Assembly (NCBI RefSeq): GCF_009914755.1
Contig: NC_060944.1
Source: the human T2T-CHM13v2.0 reference genome, Homo sapiens
Direction: 5' to 3' (one strand)
DNA length: 64,000 bases
How positions within the stretch are numbered: the stretch's first letter is position 1; the number at the start of each line of letters is the position of its first letter. Positions 14,866 through 35,804 of the stretch are shown here, piece after piece. The notes under the pieces are model-generated. The model was not told the origin of the DNA, made no database searches, and worked only from the letters and a program-made list of their open reading frames with translations. The position numbers and the translations under genes were made by a program.

Positions 14866-16354
14866 CACAACTCTCAGTCTACTCATTGATAATGAAAACA
14901 TTGACTGGTGACTATCACAGTGATGGACGTGACCACCACATATTTCTGTTAAGTGTCTCATCTTATACTTTTAATATATATTTTAGTATCATTCTGTGCT
15001 CATTGAATATCAAACACTCTTCTAATGTGAATAAACCTGAAAGAAGGAATTTTCTTGTGAGGCCATTTCTGCTGTCTATTTTAAGCTAGTTATATATCTC
15101 ATTTAGACCATCAATTGCTCAACTAATATTGGTTGAATATGCAATTTATGCCAGATTCTGTTCCAGGTACAGAAAACAAATCAGTCATGGTCTGTGTCTT
15201 CATGGAGATTACAGTCTATCATGAAGATGAACAGTAAGCAAAGGTTAAGTACAGGTGCAGTGGGTGCTGCAAAGGTGACGTGCAGGATGCAATTGGCAGG
15301 GCTGGATCCAGGGTGAAGTGAGAAGTGCAACAGGTACTTAAAGGGTGACATTTAAGGAGGCATTTGCATGAGCCTGAGAGTGAGTGCCTCTTTATGTGTC
15401 ACACCCTAGACACCTCCTGCTCCTCACCCTAGTCTTGGCCCTGGCTATCAGAAAAGCGAAGGTGGGGTGGAAAATATTCTGCTGTAATATTTGGGGTAAC
15501 ATTCTCTGACAGTTGTCATTTACTGCATCTTTGGACACTCAGTATCTGAGCTCCTTTCCATTAGGGAAGCTAGTCTCTATTTTTGTGGTCTTGGTGGAAA
15601 GGAAGGCTGACCTTCAACTACAGAATATCTTAAAGGCAAAGATTCTCTTTTGCCACCTTGGGAGTTAGCAGACAGGTGCATGACCCAGGCTCAGCCAACT
15701 GGGTGCTCCAACAAGGGACTTGAATCTTAAAGGGCTAAAGCCAAACCACAAGGAAGGTGGAGGAAATACACAGTGGCAGCAGCAATGGCAAGAGTCCAGG
15801 TGTGATACTGATGCACAGTGCTCTGGCAGCAATGCTCATGGTAAGATCTTGGCAGGCTATTTCTGCTGCCCACTCCGTCTCAGTCTTTCCAAGCCTGATT
15901 GTCCAGACTTCTGGTCAATTTTATGAGCTACATGTTATCCTTCCAAGAAATTATCCTGTTTGCTTAAATTGCTCTCTAATGAACTCTTACATTACATCCA
16001 ATAATAAATGTAAGGTGTTTCATCTTCAAATATGTTGAGGGAATGTTGCTATATTCAGTAAGGAACTCTTGTGAGATTGGGTGTCAGAACGTGGGACAAT
16101 CTGACCTGGCAGAGAGATTAGAGGGACAGCAGCAAAACTCAGGGTGGAAGGCCTCAATATGGGAAAGAGGAGGGAGACTGCTAATGAGGGACTGAGCTGA
16201 GATAGCAGTCCCAAAAAGAGTAAGGAGAGTAAGGTTTGCACCAAAACATCACAGAGGAAGAATCAAGGGGCTTCGATGGCTGACTTGATGTGAGAAGTCA
16301 AGAAATGAACATACAAAGTCAGTCTCAAGACAGCATAGAGCTGCCATCAGATTA

Positions 16355-16683
16355 TTTTTTTTTCTTTCTTTCTTTCTTTTTTTTTTTTTTTTTTTTTTTT
16401 GAGATGGAGTCTCGCTCTGTTTTCCGGGCTAGAGTGCAGTGGCGTGACCTCAGCTCACTGCAACCTCCGCCTCCTGGGTTCACATGATTCTCCTGCCTCA
16501 GCCTCCTGAGTAGCTAGGACTACGAGTGGCCACCACCACACCCGGCTATTTTTTTGTATTTTTACTAGAGACGGGATTTCACCACGTTGGCCAGGCTGGT
16601 CTCAAACTCCTGACCTTAAGTGATCCACCTGCCTCAGCCTCCCAAAGTGCAGGGATTACAGGTGTGAGCCACAGCATCCGGCC
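16355..16683 (-). mobile_element. Alu
   Basis: Reverse Alu consensus with poly-T. Confidence 0.9.
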
Positions 16684-17149
16684 TGCCTTCAGATTCTTGA
16701 ATGACTGCCTGTACACAGACAGATCTTTGTGGACTCAAAATATAGAACAAAGGCTTCATGTAAATGTAACCAGAATTTAGATAACTCCAGTTTGGGCACA
16801 AACAGTATTTTCTACCCCTCCCTTCCCACCCACTTCCCATTGCTAGATGTGTTCTATAATGTACTCAAACCCCTGAATGCTCAGATTGAGTCCTTTCTTC
16901 TTGAATCTAATGTTCATCAGAACCTCAGAAAGAAGCGCTTGAATATCTTAGACTTCCCCCTTCTGTAAGGTCCCTTAAACTCATGCTGTGCCACTCCTCA
17001 GAACATCCACATCAAGGAAAGAGGAGTTTTCCTAAATCATGGAGAGTAAAACATGGGTGGAAAAAGAAGGCTTGAGTTTCAGGCAATGGTAAAACACAAG
17101 AACTTGAAAAGGAAAACCTGTTTGAGTGGGAAAGTGACCATCCTTGGAG

Positions 17150-19110
17150 TTTAACTATTCATATAGGTAGCAAATACTTATTGTGTTCTGATAGTGTGCC
17201 AGGCACCATGGAATGGTGAGCAAAACCAACAGGGTCCCTGCGATCATAAAACCCAAATTCTCCTGGAAGAGAGACAAGAAACAAGTAAATGAACAAAATA
17301 ATTACTGATTTTTGAGAAGTGCTAGGACATACATTTGCCTAGTGATATAAAGGACTTCATTAGATATAATAGTCAAGAATGACATTTAAATTAAGGCCTG
17401 GAGGATGGGACAAAAACAGTCATATAAACATCAGAGGCAGAGCCTTCTTGGGAAGAGGGAACAGCATGTAGCAAGGCCCTGAGACAACAAAAGAGCTTGT
17501 TGACATCAAGGAACAGAAAGGAAACCTGGGTGACCTGAGTATAAGGAGGAGGCCAGAGAGGTGAACAAGGCCTGGTAGGGCAGGGCCTCCCAGTCCATGA
17601 CAAGGAGTCTGGATGTTATCTGGATGTTATTCTTAATGAAATGGAAAGCTATTGTTTGGTGCAAAACAGAGTAGTGACAGGATATCCTTTACCTTTCTGG
17701 ATTTAGGACTAGATCTGAAAAAAATGAAAATAATTTACCATTTGGCTGCTATGTGGAAAATTAATTACAGAAAACAGGAGACTATTGTAAAAGATCAGGT
17801 GAAGATAGCAGTGGCCTGAACTAGATGGAGAGAAATGGATAATTTTGATATGTGTTTTGAAGGTAGAGCCACAGGACTTGCTGAGAAATTGAATGCAGGG
17901 AGGTGAAGTGAGGAATCACACATGACTTGTAGGTTTGGTGCATCTGGGCACATGTTGTTACCATTTCCTAAGAAGGGAAATAACAGGGTACTAACAGTGC
18001 CTAGTGAGGTGAGGTCCCCATTAGGAGTTCCATTCTGATATGTTAGGTGACCAGATGGAGATGTCATTTAAGGGGGAAGATATACCAGTTTAGACACTAG
18101 AGAAAGTTTAGGGTAGGAGCTATGAATTTGAGAGTGATCAGCATATAGAGGGTAGTCAAAGTACCTAGTGAAAAAGAGCAGAGAGAAAAGACAAAAGGAG
18201 CCTAGAAACAAGTCCCTGGCCTTTGGAAAGGGAAGGAGGAGCCAGGAGAGAAGACTGAAAATGAATGGCCGAGGTGATCAGAGGAAAACCAGGGGAGTCT
18301 GCCATCTTAGAAGGCAAGAGAAGAAAGCATTTCAATGAGGATGTCGTGGCCTCAATGTCAAACACCTCTTCAGAGGTCAATAAGAGGAAAACAGGGGTGC
18401 CTCTGTTGGGTTTGGCAACACTGGAGATAGTTGGTAATCTTTACTAGAAAAGGTTCAGAGGCACAGTCAAAGCCAAATTGAACTGAGTTGAAAGGTGAAT
18501 GAGAAAAAAGGGATAAAGTGAAGGCAGGCAACATTTTGAGAAGTATTTGTTTAAGCACTGCAAATAAACGAGGCATCGTCCAGAGAGGAATGTGGGACTC
18601 AGGGATCTTTTTTTTTTTTTAATCTGGGAGGTACTCGAACATCTTTGTATGATAGAAATGATCTGGCAGAGAAGGGGAGAATAAGGAGAATAAATGAATA
18701 TGAAGTTATTGAGTAGGGGAGAGGAGACAAATGTGAACAAGTAAGGGGGCCAGTTTCTCAGGTGTAGACATCATTCTTCCACTGAAAACAAAAGGAAGAC
18801 AGGAGCTGTAGGACCCAATACCGGAGTGTGTAGACTTAGTAGAGAGAAGATGAAGGAGTTGCTTCTGATGGCTTCTATTTTCTTGAAATATGAGGCAAGA
18901 AGTGATATTTTGGTGGGGACAGGGAATGGTAGAAGATTGAGGAGAAAGGAAAAATCATGGACTAGTCATTTCAAAGAATGAGAAATCAAGCTTCTTAGGG
19001 AAAAACAGGAGATTAGCTGGGCAGTGTTGAGTGGTCTTTGAGGTTGGAGGCCGTGAATTTCCAGTGAAATCAGTGAGACTAGTTGGATTATTTTTTCTAA
19101 GAACAATCAG
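17150..19110 (-). mobile_element. Long L2 fragment
   Basis: Purine-rich L2 antisense motifs (CAAATACTTATTG, GAAGGTAGAGCCACAGGACTTGCTG, TCAAACACCTCTTCAGAGGTCAA). Confidence 0.75.
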
Positions 19111-19126
19111 CTGCTGACCTATATAG

Positions 19127-19425
19127 GTCAGGCACAGTGGCTTACGCCTGTAATCCCAACCCTTAGGGAGACCAAGGCAGGAGGATGATCACTTAAGGCC
19201 AGGAGTTCAAGACCAGCCTGGGCAACATAGCAAGACCCCCATCTCTATTAAAAAAAAATTTTTTTTAACTGCCAAGAGTGGTAGCACACACCTGTAGTCC
19301 CAGCTACTTGGGAAGCTGAGGCAGGATAATCCCTTGAATCCAGGAGTTTAAGGCTGTAATGAGCTATGATCACACTACTGCACTCCAGCCTGGGTAACAG
19401 AGTAAGATCTTGTCTTGAAAAATAA
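19127..19425 (+). mobile_element. Alu (J-like)
   Basis: Alu consensus. Confidence 0.88.
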
Positions 19426-20569
19426 AGTTTACCTATAGAGAAAGCAAGTAGGTGGTTGTATTCTACCATGGTTGGGAGTTTGGCATTGATACAATGCAGA
19501 GTAGAGCAAGGGAGCTAAGTCTGCAAGAGAAACATTACAGGGCTAGACTGGACGGAAATTGAGTCGGGAGGGTAAGAAAATTAGTGAAAAAATGGTAGGG
19601 TATAGGGCTTTACTTCAACTTTAAGAGTTATTAACTCTGAGAAGTAGGAGTTGGTGGCAACGTAGTGAAGGAGGATTTAACTTTTTCCAGGCAAAAAATT
19701 GCTACGCAGAGCCTAGAAGTAGCAAATTACAAAATGAGATCTACCTAGATTCTACTTACATTTATCAAGAACTGAATGTGGGCTAGATTCTGTGCTGGGC
19801 ACTTTCCTGTCTGTTATCTCATTTAATTCTCATGACATCCCTATGACTTGAGTAGGAAAGTTCCCCATTTTAGAGACAAGAAAATAGAGCAGAGAGGGTT
19901 AAATGGCTTGCCTAGGGTCATGCAGCTGACATGCGATTAAGCAAAGATTTGACTCCAGATCTTCTGATCCTGCTTCGAACGCTCTTCCCTAGACAGCTTG
20001 ATGATACTTAGACACTGACTCTGAGGCTGAAGTTTGTCATCAGAAAGGTGAACTGGGGACATAGGGCTGAAGCCAGGTCAGGACTCCAGTATGAAAGGGC
20101 TGAATAGGAGGCAGGTGACTCCAAATAGAACTTTTCAACTCAGGATAAAGAATCAAGTTCTTTTACATTAGTCAGATAAGTAGCAAGAGTTGGGGATACT
20201 TGGGATCATGGGGCTGAATGTGGTAAAATTCCTGTCGTCTCAGTTCAGGATCTGTCCTGCAAAATGATTAGCCAGCAGTTTAATGTCCCATGGCCACAAC
20301 TAGAGGGAATGGAAAGAGATGGAGCAAGGATCCACAGATGGCCTGATGCCAGCACTGTCCACCATGAGGAAGACTCACAAGAGGCATTGCCCTAGAGCCC
20401 CTGAGGGGCAGAACTGCAGGTGTGATCAAGGGAAAGTTATAACCTTTGGTGTGGGAGTAGAAAGAGGCCATGGGCCAAGAATGGGTTCTTGTGTTCATCA
20501 TACTTGCCTCCTGGACTCCCCTAAAATACTCATAGATTGAGACCCACAGCATGCCTCAGCCTAGACTCT

Positions 20570-20780
20570 AAAGCCATTGCTATACAATACAATCACCACT
20601 AGCCACATTTAGCTATATAAATTTAAAGCTCGATTGAATCAAATTAAAACTTCGGGTCCGCATTCACACTGGGCACATTTCAAGTGCTCAGTAGCCACAT
20701 GTGGCTAGTAGCTACCATATTGAACAACATAGACAGGAAATATTTCCATCATGGCAGAATGTTCTATTGGCAGTGCTGGT
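20570..20780. mobile_element. MER3/MER33-like hAT-Charlie element
   Basis: TAGCCACATGTGGCTAG core. Confidence 0.7.
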
Positions 20781-20931
20781 CTAGAAGAAAACAGGAATCA
20801 AGTAGATATAATGAATATTCTTTAATTCATGCCCTCTTGGACCAGCTATGGGTCAGCAGGCTAGGAGCTATTTGCAAGGTTTAGATTGTTACCACCTACT
20901 GGTCCATCCTGTTCTTCCTAACATGCACACC

Positions 20932-20933
<2 letters not shown>

Positions 20934-20973
<40 letters not shown>
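20934..20973. repeat. (CA)n microsatellite just 3' of DEFB121
   Basis: Seen directly. Confidence 0.95.
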
Positions 20974-20974
<1 letters not shown>

Positions 20975-21053
20975 ACCTTTCTTCTTTATTTACTTGTTTC
21001 TAAATGTAACTAGGTGGAACTATCAGACAGAAACAGGGTGTTGCCAAGAATGA

Positions 21054-21059
21054 TTTAAT
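21054..21059 (-). terminator. ATTAAA polyadenylation signal of DEFB121
   Basis: About 50 nt after the stop codon. Confidence 0.7.
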
Positions 21060-21108
21060 AGAACTGCAGGATCCCATGATGTTGAGACTCAAGGTTGGAA
21101 GAGAGGTG

Positions 21109-21281
21109 TCAGACTGCAGAAGTTGATTCCAGGCTTGTATTTGTGTCTGTTAATTTTGGTTTTACAGGTACATACTTGGGATCCACACAGCACTTAGCCT
21201 CAGTTTTGCATAATATATAGTATACTTCACTTTCTTTACATGTTGTTCTGCACCTGCCTGACTTGCCCCAACATTTCATGA
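21109..21281 (-). CDS. DEFB121: Beta-defensin 121 exon 2 (V)MKCWGKSGRCRTTCKESEVYYILCKTEAKCCVDPKYVPVKPKLTDTNTSLESTSAV; 76 aa in total
   Basis: Pyrimidine tract then TTTTCAG|TC; C-X6-C-X3-C-X9-C-X5-CC; TGA stop. Confidence 0.96.
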
Positions 21282-22290
21282 CTGAAAACAAAAGGGAAGA
21301 AGAGAATAGAGTCAGTTTTGAAAGAAAGCAGAAAGGTGTGAAAGGAAGAGGCTAAAGCCCAGTAGAGGAGTAGGAGGGAAATGAGGAGGTCTGTGGGGAA
21401 GAAGCTCTTACACAGGATCCCCTAAGTTTAAGGGAGATTATAGACCACTACGCTTTCTTCCTTCACTTGTGCCCCCTGTTAGAACCCCCAGAGTCCCCCC
21501 AACTCAGTGGCATAGGACCTACTGGATAGCTTCCCCTCCTTGGCCAGCTCCTTGGGAGGGGGAAGAGGACCCCTCTCCCAAGGGTTTTATCTCCCCCATA
21601 TTATAATGTACCCAGGTGCCCAGTAGCAATTAGCCACCTTTTCTCATTGTTCTTTGGTACCCCCTCTGACCATATCAATGAAAGGTGACAGGAATATTAA
21701 ATAAACTCATTTAACATCTGTAAGTCTTCTAGGGCACCTTTAAAACTCCCAAGAATATCATACTGCCTTCTTCACAACATCCTGGGACTTTTCTCTGGCC
21801 CCAACCAGTCAAGGGAATTAGGAACAGCTATTCCAGGGAACCTACAACCTAAGGTAACCCAGATGATTTGAGGTTGCATTAAAAAGTGGAATCAGAATCC
21901 TCAAACAATCAGAAATTTGAGAACCATTTTCCTAGAGGCAACAATGCATCAAAATTCAAATCCTTTCAATGAATGTTTTTGAAAAAGTCCCCATTTTCTC
22001 TATACTCCATACCCAAGTCTCTCTCTTTACACCCTATCCCATCCTCAGGTCATCACGTTCAGCTTTTCCAGAGCTAACCAGAGATAAGGTTGGAATGGTC
22101 AAGTACTGGGCACTGGGAAGACCATTTGGTACCAGAGAACTCAAACTTCCCCATAACTAGAGAGACTACCTAAAGGCCTCAATGAGCTCTACCAGGCCAT
22201 TCTCCCAGCCCAACCTGTCAGAGTCCCCAGAGTTCTCTGAACATGCATCAGGTTTCCTGACTCCCATCCCCTTCTGGAGATCCTGTTTAC

Positions 22291-22348
22291 CTGGGGTGAC
22301 CTGGGCCAGGAGCAGAGTAACAGTCAAAAGCAGAAGAAGGAGCTTCAT
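22291..22348 (-). CDS. DEFB121: Beta-defensin 121 exon 1, signal peptide MKLLLLLLTVTLLLAQVTP
   Basis: 58-nt coding exon, phase-1 donor CCAG|GTAAAC. Confidence 0.95.
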
Positions 22349-22432
22349 GAATGATGAATGATCAGGGAGGGATAGGAGGCTTCTCAACTGGTAAAACAGA
22401 CAGAGGACTCCATTCTGGGCAGTCCAGACTGG

Positions 22433-22440
22433 TATTTATT
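22433..22440 (-). promoter_or_regulatory. TATA-like AATAAATA upstream of DEFB121 exon 1
   Basis: About 85 nt upstream of the ATG. Confidence 0.45.
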
Positions 22441-22953
22441 GCCTTGAGGAGCATGGCAGAGCCAAGATCAGTGAACCAGAACGGGAACAGTCATTTGAGA
22501 TCAGACAGGCAGGCAAGGAAGGTATCAACCACACTGCCTGAGGAGGCTGGGAGAGGGGGAAGGGACGTTAACAAAGAGAAGATACGGCCTTGCCTCTGAA
22601 GAATTTTATAATACAGCTGGAGAACCAAGAAGGGGAAAAATATTTTCATCTCTAATTTGTTTTTCATTAATGAGAAAAAAAGAGAGAGAAAAAGAGATAA
22701 GACAGAAAAGGAGTGATACTTCTCTGCGCCTTGGGTTCTTCCCAGCAACAAGGACATCTTAGGATGTCCCATATGTTGATGATTCATTATAATACCAAAT
22801 GAAGGGCAGAGCAGGGGAAAATACCTTAATAGCTCCATGGCCATCACCACTGGAAACCAGAATGTCAGTATTCATGGAGTGGAATGAGCAGGAAAGCCAT
22901 AGCCCTTACTTTTAACAGTACATATTTAATAGGAACAAGTAGCACCCTCATAG

Positions 22954-26630
<3,677 letters not shown>

Positions 26631-27013
26631 ATACATCATAGGAGTTAAACATCATAGGAGTTGCCTATGTGAGAGATGGATAGGAGTTGATTATGGGGAT
26701 AAAAGTTAATAAATCAGTAAAATAAAATAAGAGAAGGGCTTTGTATAAGGCCAATGACAATAAATCTGCCATAAATACATAACCCTCTGCAACAGAGGAC
26801 TAAAATAAAGTGCTATATTGACAAGGGGCTTACTTCTAAAGATCATTAGTAAGGTATCAGCCCCGTGGACTGGAACCCATTTCCTCTCCTTCCAGAAGGG
26901 ACTGCAGAGAGGAAACCTGAGATGCCATTCAAGCAAACGGCACAACTTCCTCCACTCTTGAGAAAGGGGATTGTTTCTGGTTGGAAGGGTAGGATACTGG
27001 GCTGAGAGCCTTG

Positions 27014-27019
<6 letters not shown>

Positions 27020-27058
<39 letters not shown>
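27020..27058. repeat. (GA)n microsatellite
   Basis: Seen directly. Confidence 0.95.
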
Positions 27059-28817
27059 CAACTCATGGGAGCACCATCCTTGCAGAAGTCTTAGTCTAGA
27101 AGGTACTTTCTTTATGCATCCAAGGAACCCCCAGTGGCACAGAGTTTCATCTACACTGAATGGTTTTGAGATCTACTTCCCTTCTTTAAAGAACTCCATC
27201 ATAGCCCTGCAAGTTTGCTCTTGTGAACACTGATAAGCAGAATAAGGCTGCCTAATAAAGGGATGACCTGAATCCATTATGTGCATGATTTATCGGAATT
27301 AATAGTAGTTTTCAGCAGTAGAGAAGACTCTCATAAAAGACCCTTTTCCTATCTGTCACAAAAAACTGTGAAACAAAATGCCTTGATTGCTTCGTGAGCT
27401 AAAAAGGACTTCCCACAGCTGAACTATATACATCTACAGTTCTGGAGTGTCCACCATTCTTAGATTCTGCTTAAGATTCCACATCTTAACTTCTACTGAT
27501 ATCCAACCATGTTGCCAAGACTCCCATTTCAAGCTCTCCAAGGAAATAATCTGATTGGCTGAACATAATCTTATTCATTATCTAATAGAGATAAACCATT
27601 TTAAAAGGATAGAAAACTGTGGAACAACCTCCCTTACTGATATCTGCACATTTCAGCTTTTCTTTGTTGCCACACATGAAGTCATATCATATGCTCTCAA
27701 TAGATGGGGTGAATGCCTTTCAGTGAAAAAAGAAAAGTAAAAAAGAATGTATGAACGCAGAGCAAAAAAAAAAAAGAAAGCGATAAAGATCTGAGGAGCG
27801 AATATGTGTTTTCCAAAGATTACAGAACTACAAATGAATCTGCAAATGGTACATTAGGAAAATTATCTGAGGATGAAGAAAGGTAGGAGGCACTCAGTAG
27901 AGAAAGGTTGGTACTGATGAGTGGACGGTGCTGTGAAGTGTCCAGGAGCCTGGAGTCCACATATTAAAGGTGTACGCAGTTACCTGGACCTAAGTCCAAT
28001 TCAGTGTACTCAACCCCTTTAAGTAGGTTTCTGCAGTGCTGTGGTCCTTAATTCAACATCATTCCCCTCTTCTTGAGCCTCAAGTGGGTACCACTGCCAT
28101 CTCTGGCTTAGTAGAAGATAGGGTGGTATCTGAAATTCAGAAAACTCAGAACCTGTTCCCTGCCTGGCCATTGACTCTTGCTTTGGCCCATAAGTCATAA
28201 GTGACCCTAACTGAAGAGTTTGCCCAGCATCCTTCTACTCCCTTCTCAGATTTCTTCCACCCACTTCTGGTTAGTTCCTTGCTCTCAGCACTGCAGCAGG
28301 GAAAGGAAATATATCTACATATCACTTCTTTGTAATCTTTGGGGATAGGAAGCATTGGAGGGTAGTGGGCAAAGAAGATGAAACTTCAGGCCCAAATAAG
28401 GCTTGGAAATTTTCTGGAGTTCTATTATATTCCAACTCTCTGGTTCCTGGTGCTATGTGTAACTAGTAATGGTAATGGATATGTTGGGCTTTTTTCTTTG
28501 ATTTATTTGAAGTGACGTTTGACAATCTATCACTAGGGGTAATGTGGGGAAATGGAAAGAATACAAGATTTGGAGCCAGACAAATCTGGGTTCAAATCCT
28601 CACTTTGCCACATATTAGCCATGTGACTTTGAACAAGTTAGTTAATCTCTCTGAACTTCAGTTTAATTATCTCTAATATGGAGATGATACTACTGACAGC
28701 AGAGGTTTGCTGTGAAGATTAAATTAGGTGATGCTTGTAAAGCTCAGGGAATAGTGCCTGGCATAGAGGAAAGCCTCTGACAACTGGTAGTTACTGTTAT
28801 TTACTATGAATCCTCAC

Positions 28818-28839
28818 CTTCCTTGACTTCTTGAAACAT
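28818..28839 (-). CDS. DEFB121: Candidate alternative first coding exon of DEFB121 (MFQEVKE); gives a 64-aa isoform with no signal peptide
   Basis: ATG TTT CAA GAA GTC AAG GAA G|GTGAGG: strong phase-1 donor, in frame with exon 2. Fits my recollection of a shorter annotated DEFB121 isoform (not verified). Confidence 0.65.
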
Positions 28840-29958
28840 TTGGCTATTGACCTCTTTCCTCCTTGAGGCTCTTCTGGCTTTTCATTGTCAACACAGTCAA
28901 CGCTCAATACAAGGGACATTAGGATTGGCAGTAGCTCAGAGATCTCTCTGCTCACCGTGATCTTCAAGTTTGAAAATTGCATCTCAAATCTAAGACCCAG
29001 AGGGCTCACCCAGAGTCGAGGCTCAAGGACAGCTCTCCTTTGTGTCCAGAGTGTATACGATGTAACTCTGTTCGGGCACTGGTGAAAGATAACAGAGGAA
29101 ATGCCTGGCTTTTTATCAGAACATGTTTCCAAGCTTATCCCTTTTCCCAGCTCTCCTTGTCCCTCCCAAGATCTCTTCACTGGCCTCTTATCTTTACTGT
29201 TACCAAATCTTTCCAGAAGCTGCTCTTTCCCTCAATTGTTCATTTGTCTTCTTGTCCAGGAATGAACCACTGCTCTCTTCTTGTCAGATCAGCTTCTCAT
29301 CCCTCCTCAAGGGCCTTTAACTACTCCACATCCAAAGCTACCCAGGCCATTTTAAGTTTCCTGTGGACTAAGGACAAAGGTGCGGGGAGATGAGGCCAGA
29401 AATGTTCAAGAGGGTTTCTGTCCCTAACATGCTTACCGCTTATTGAGGAAAATGGGAAACAAGTATTTTTAAATGAGCTTCATATCCCTCAAAAGCACAC
29501 ACAAGAAATGTTTTCTAAATAAATCAAATCTTGATTAAGTACCTTTTACATACAGAGCACTCTCCTGAGCACCAGGAATTCAGAGCAGTAAGGATACTGT
29601 CCTCTAACAGCCAGCTCTGTTAGGATAAACCAGGGTATGCCACAGTAACCAAAAAAAGAAGAATCTTGGTGGCTTCTAAGAACAGAGGTCTGTTTGTCTA
29701 TTTCCCATACATGCTGCATATCCACTGAAGGCTGGCTGGGGACACTGCCCCATATCTCAGTGTGGAACCCAAGCTGACTGAGTAGCCACTCATTTGGTGC
29801 TGATCACCATGGCAGAGGAAAAGAGAGCTCTAGAGAGTCTTCAACCAGCCATTATATGCCCTGGCCTTGGAAGTAAAATGTAACCACCTCATAACTCCAC
29901 TGGCTACGACAGTGACATGGCTCCATCCAACCACAAGAGGGCCAAAAGTACAATCCTA

Positions 29959-31400
<1,442 letters not shown>

Positions 31401-31416
31401 TCTTTGAAAAACTTAG

Positions 31417-31758
<342 letters not shown>

Positions 31759-31957
31759 TGACTACCAAATATATCATCACAGTGGTCAGGCAGAATGTCC
31801 ACATACATAAAAATACTGCAAAGTAGGCTGTCTAATCAAAATAAATATATATATATTACAGTAGAACGGAGCATGGGAACAACCACCCAAGGGCCAGGGC
31901 ATTCAGGGAGGGGTTCATGGAGGACCTTCTCCTTCTCCAAGGCTTGAAGGAGAATAG

Positions 31958-32617
<660 letters not shown>

Positions 32618-32699
32618 TGAGTTTCATGTAAGTTTTTGGTTTTAAAAAGTTTTCTGCTCCTTTAAAAATAATATTTGAAAAACCTTAGTTTTGGAAATA

Positions 32700-33200
32700 C
32701 AGAGCCATTTTTTCTTTAAGTTTGTGAGTGTAGAGTCTCAGAATTCAGACCTTAGAAGTTGTTGCATCTGCCACGTATCAAAAGCAAGAACACCCTCTAA
32801 ACAACCCTTGCCTTCTCTCTTAAAGCTCTTCCAGCAATGGAAAAATCAATACATGTCAAGATAATGCATTCCATCACTGGACGCCTCTAATTTTTAGGAG
32901 ATTATATCAATTAAGCCAGAATTTACCTTTCTGTAACATCTACCTATTATTCCTAATTCTGACCTTTAACAGTTCCAGAGAATAAGTCCAAAAACAATTC
33001 CACGTTAAGCGCTTGAAGACAACTATCATGGGTCTATTTGGTCTTTTTTTTCCTAGGCTTATTATCCCAAGTTTCCTCTCCCTATAAAGTAGAACAGTAT
33101 ATTCTCTTATACTGGTGAGGCCTCTCAGTATACTCTGTTTATCTGAGTCCTCTCCCTTTCTTAAAGCAGGGAGACTGATCTCAAGCAAAAACCTTAAAAG
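32700..33200 (-). mobile_element. Probable L3/CR1 remnant
   Basis: CR1-like antisense motifs (CTTGAAGACAACTATCATG, TTTCCTAGGCTT). Confidence 0.5.
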
Positions 33201-33271
33201 GGGTGTTTTAAGACGGATAAGGCCCAGTAGCTTGTCTATATAGGCCTCCCTTCACATTAGAAAAGAAAGAA

Positions 33272-34551
<1,280 letters not shown>

Positions 34552-34628
34552 TTAAGAGCTTTCAGAGAGAAATAACAAGTCACAGACAAAGAGAAGAACC
34601 CGAATGGCTTCGGATTTCTCCACAGTAA

Positions 34629-35000
34629 AGAGGTAGGAGGCAGGACTCAACTCTAGATAGAAAACTGGCTGAAACAGGGAAGAGGCACCAAAATCACCTT
34701 TTCATAAGACTCGCCCACCAATGTCGTGACAGTTTACCATTGCCATGGCAACACCCGGAAGTTACCACCCCTTTTCTAAAAATTTCTAAAAAACCCTTCC
34801 CTTAATTTTCGTGGAATTAAAAATGGATATAAATATGACTACAGAAGTGCCCCTGAGCTGCTACTCTCAACACACTGCCTGTGGGGTGGCCCTGTTCTGC
34901 AGGAGCCTACAAGGAGCTGTAACACTGCCACCGCCTCCATAAAGCTGGTTTCTTCTACCACCGCTCACTCTTGAATTCCTTCGTAAGAATTTGCCCAGCA
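34629..35000 (+). mobile_element. ERV1 solo LTR, MER41 family
   Basis: CCATTGCCATGGCAACACCCGGAAGTTACC signature; TATAAA; interrupts L1 sequence. Confidence 0.65.
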
Positions 35001-35804
35001 TGGGTAACACTAGATATTGGAAAGAACAATGAGGCAATGCCTTCGAAAGTCTAGAGTAAAATAATTTCCAATATGGAGTGACCAACCAAACCACTAACCA
35101 AGTATAAGGATAGTACATTGAAGTCAGACATTTTCAGGAAGCTATCAGGAGGTGCTCTGTCCAAATAAGAGTAAATCAAGAAAGATCTAGGATCCAGAAA
35201 GCAAGACATTGATCTCAGGAGAAAGTCAAAAAGAATCCACAGGATGATACAAACAGAGACCCAGGATAATATCAGGTCACCAGGTGTAATGTCAACCAGT
35301 TCAGAGTGAAGCAGGTCTGAATGCCCAAGGAGAGAAGTCTCCAGGAAGACAAAATTGATAAAATACCTAAAGGTTCTGAACATATTCAAAGGATATGGCA
35401 GACAGCTAAATCCTCATTTTCCATAGCAGAAATCCAATGGAAAGTGCCTAAAACTAAAAAATTAAGAAGTAACCATATAAGCATATTAGTAAATAATGAC
35501 GGAAGAGATGGAAGTGAAATCCAAAGGAAAAAAACAAAAGATGTGAAAGTAGTTTTTTGAAAAGCAGGAAATGAGGAAAGAGAGACAGATGACTCCTATA
35601 TTTTATTATAGTCTTATATTATACTATTATATACTATTATAGTCTCTTATTCAAAGTTGATTTTTAAAACTATGTAGATGTATGGTTTTGATAAACATTT
35701 AAACTAAATATGAAAATTAAAATAACAAATATAGAGAGAAAGCAATGGATAAGAATTAGACCTGTGGATAAATTTAATTTTCCTGCTTAACTGTTCAACT
35801 TGTC

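Noticed and set aside
22060-22135. Faint resemblance to 5S rRNA sequence
   Set aside because: Too few contiguous matches to support a call.
28146-28355. Minus-strand ORF with C-X6-CC (EVICRYISFPCC) after a CCCCAAAG acceptor-like site
   Set aside because: The other defensin cysteines are absent, and the CC comes from a pyrimidine tract plus CTGCTGCAG; probably chance.
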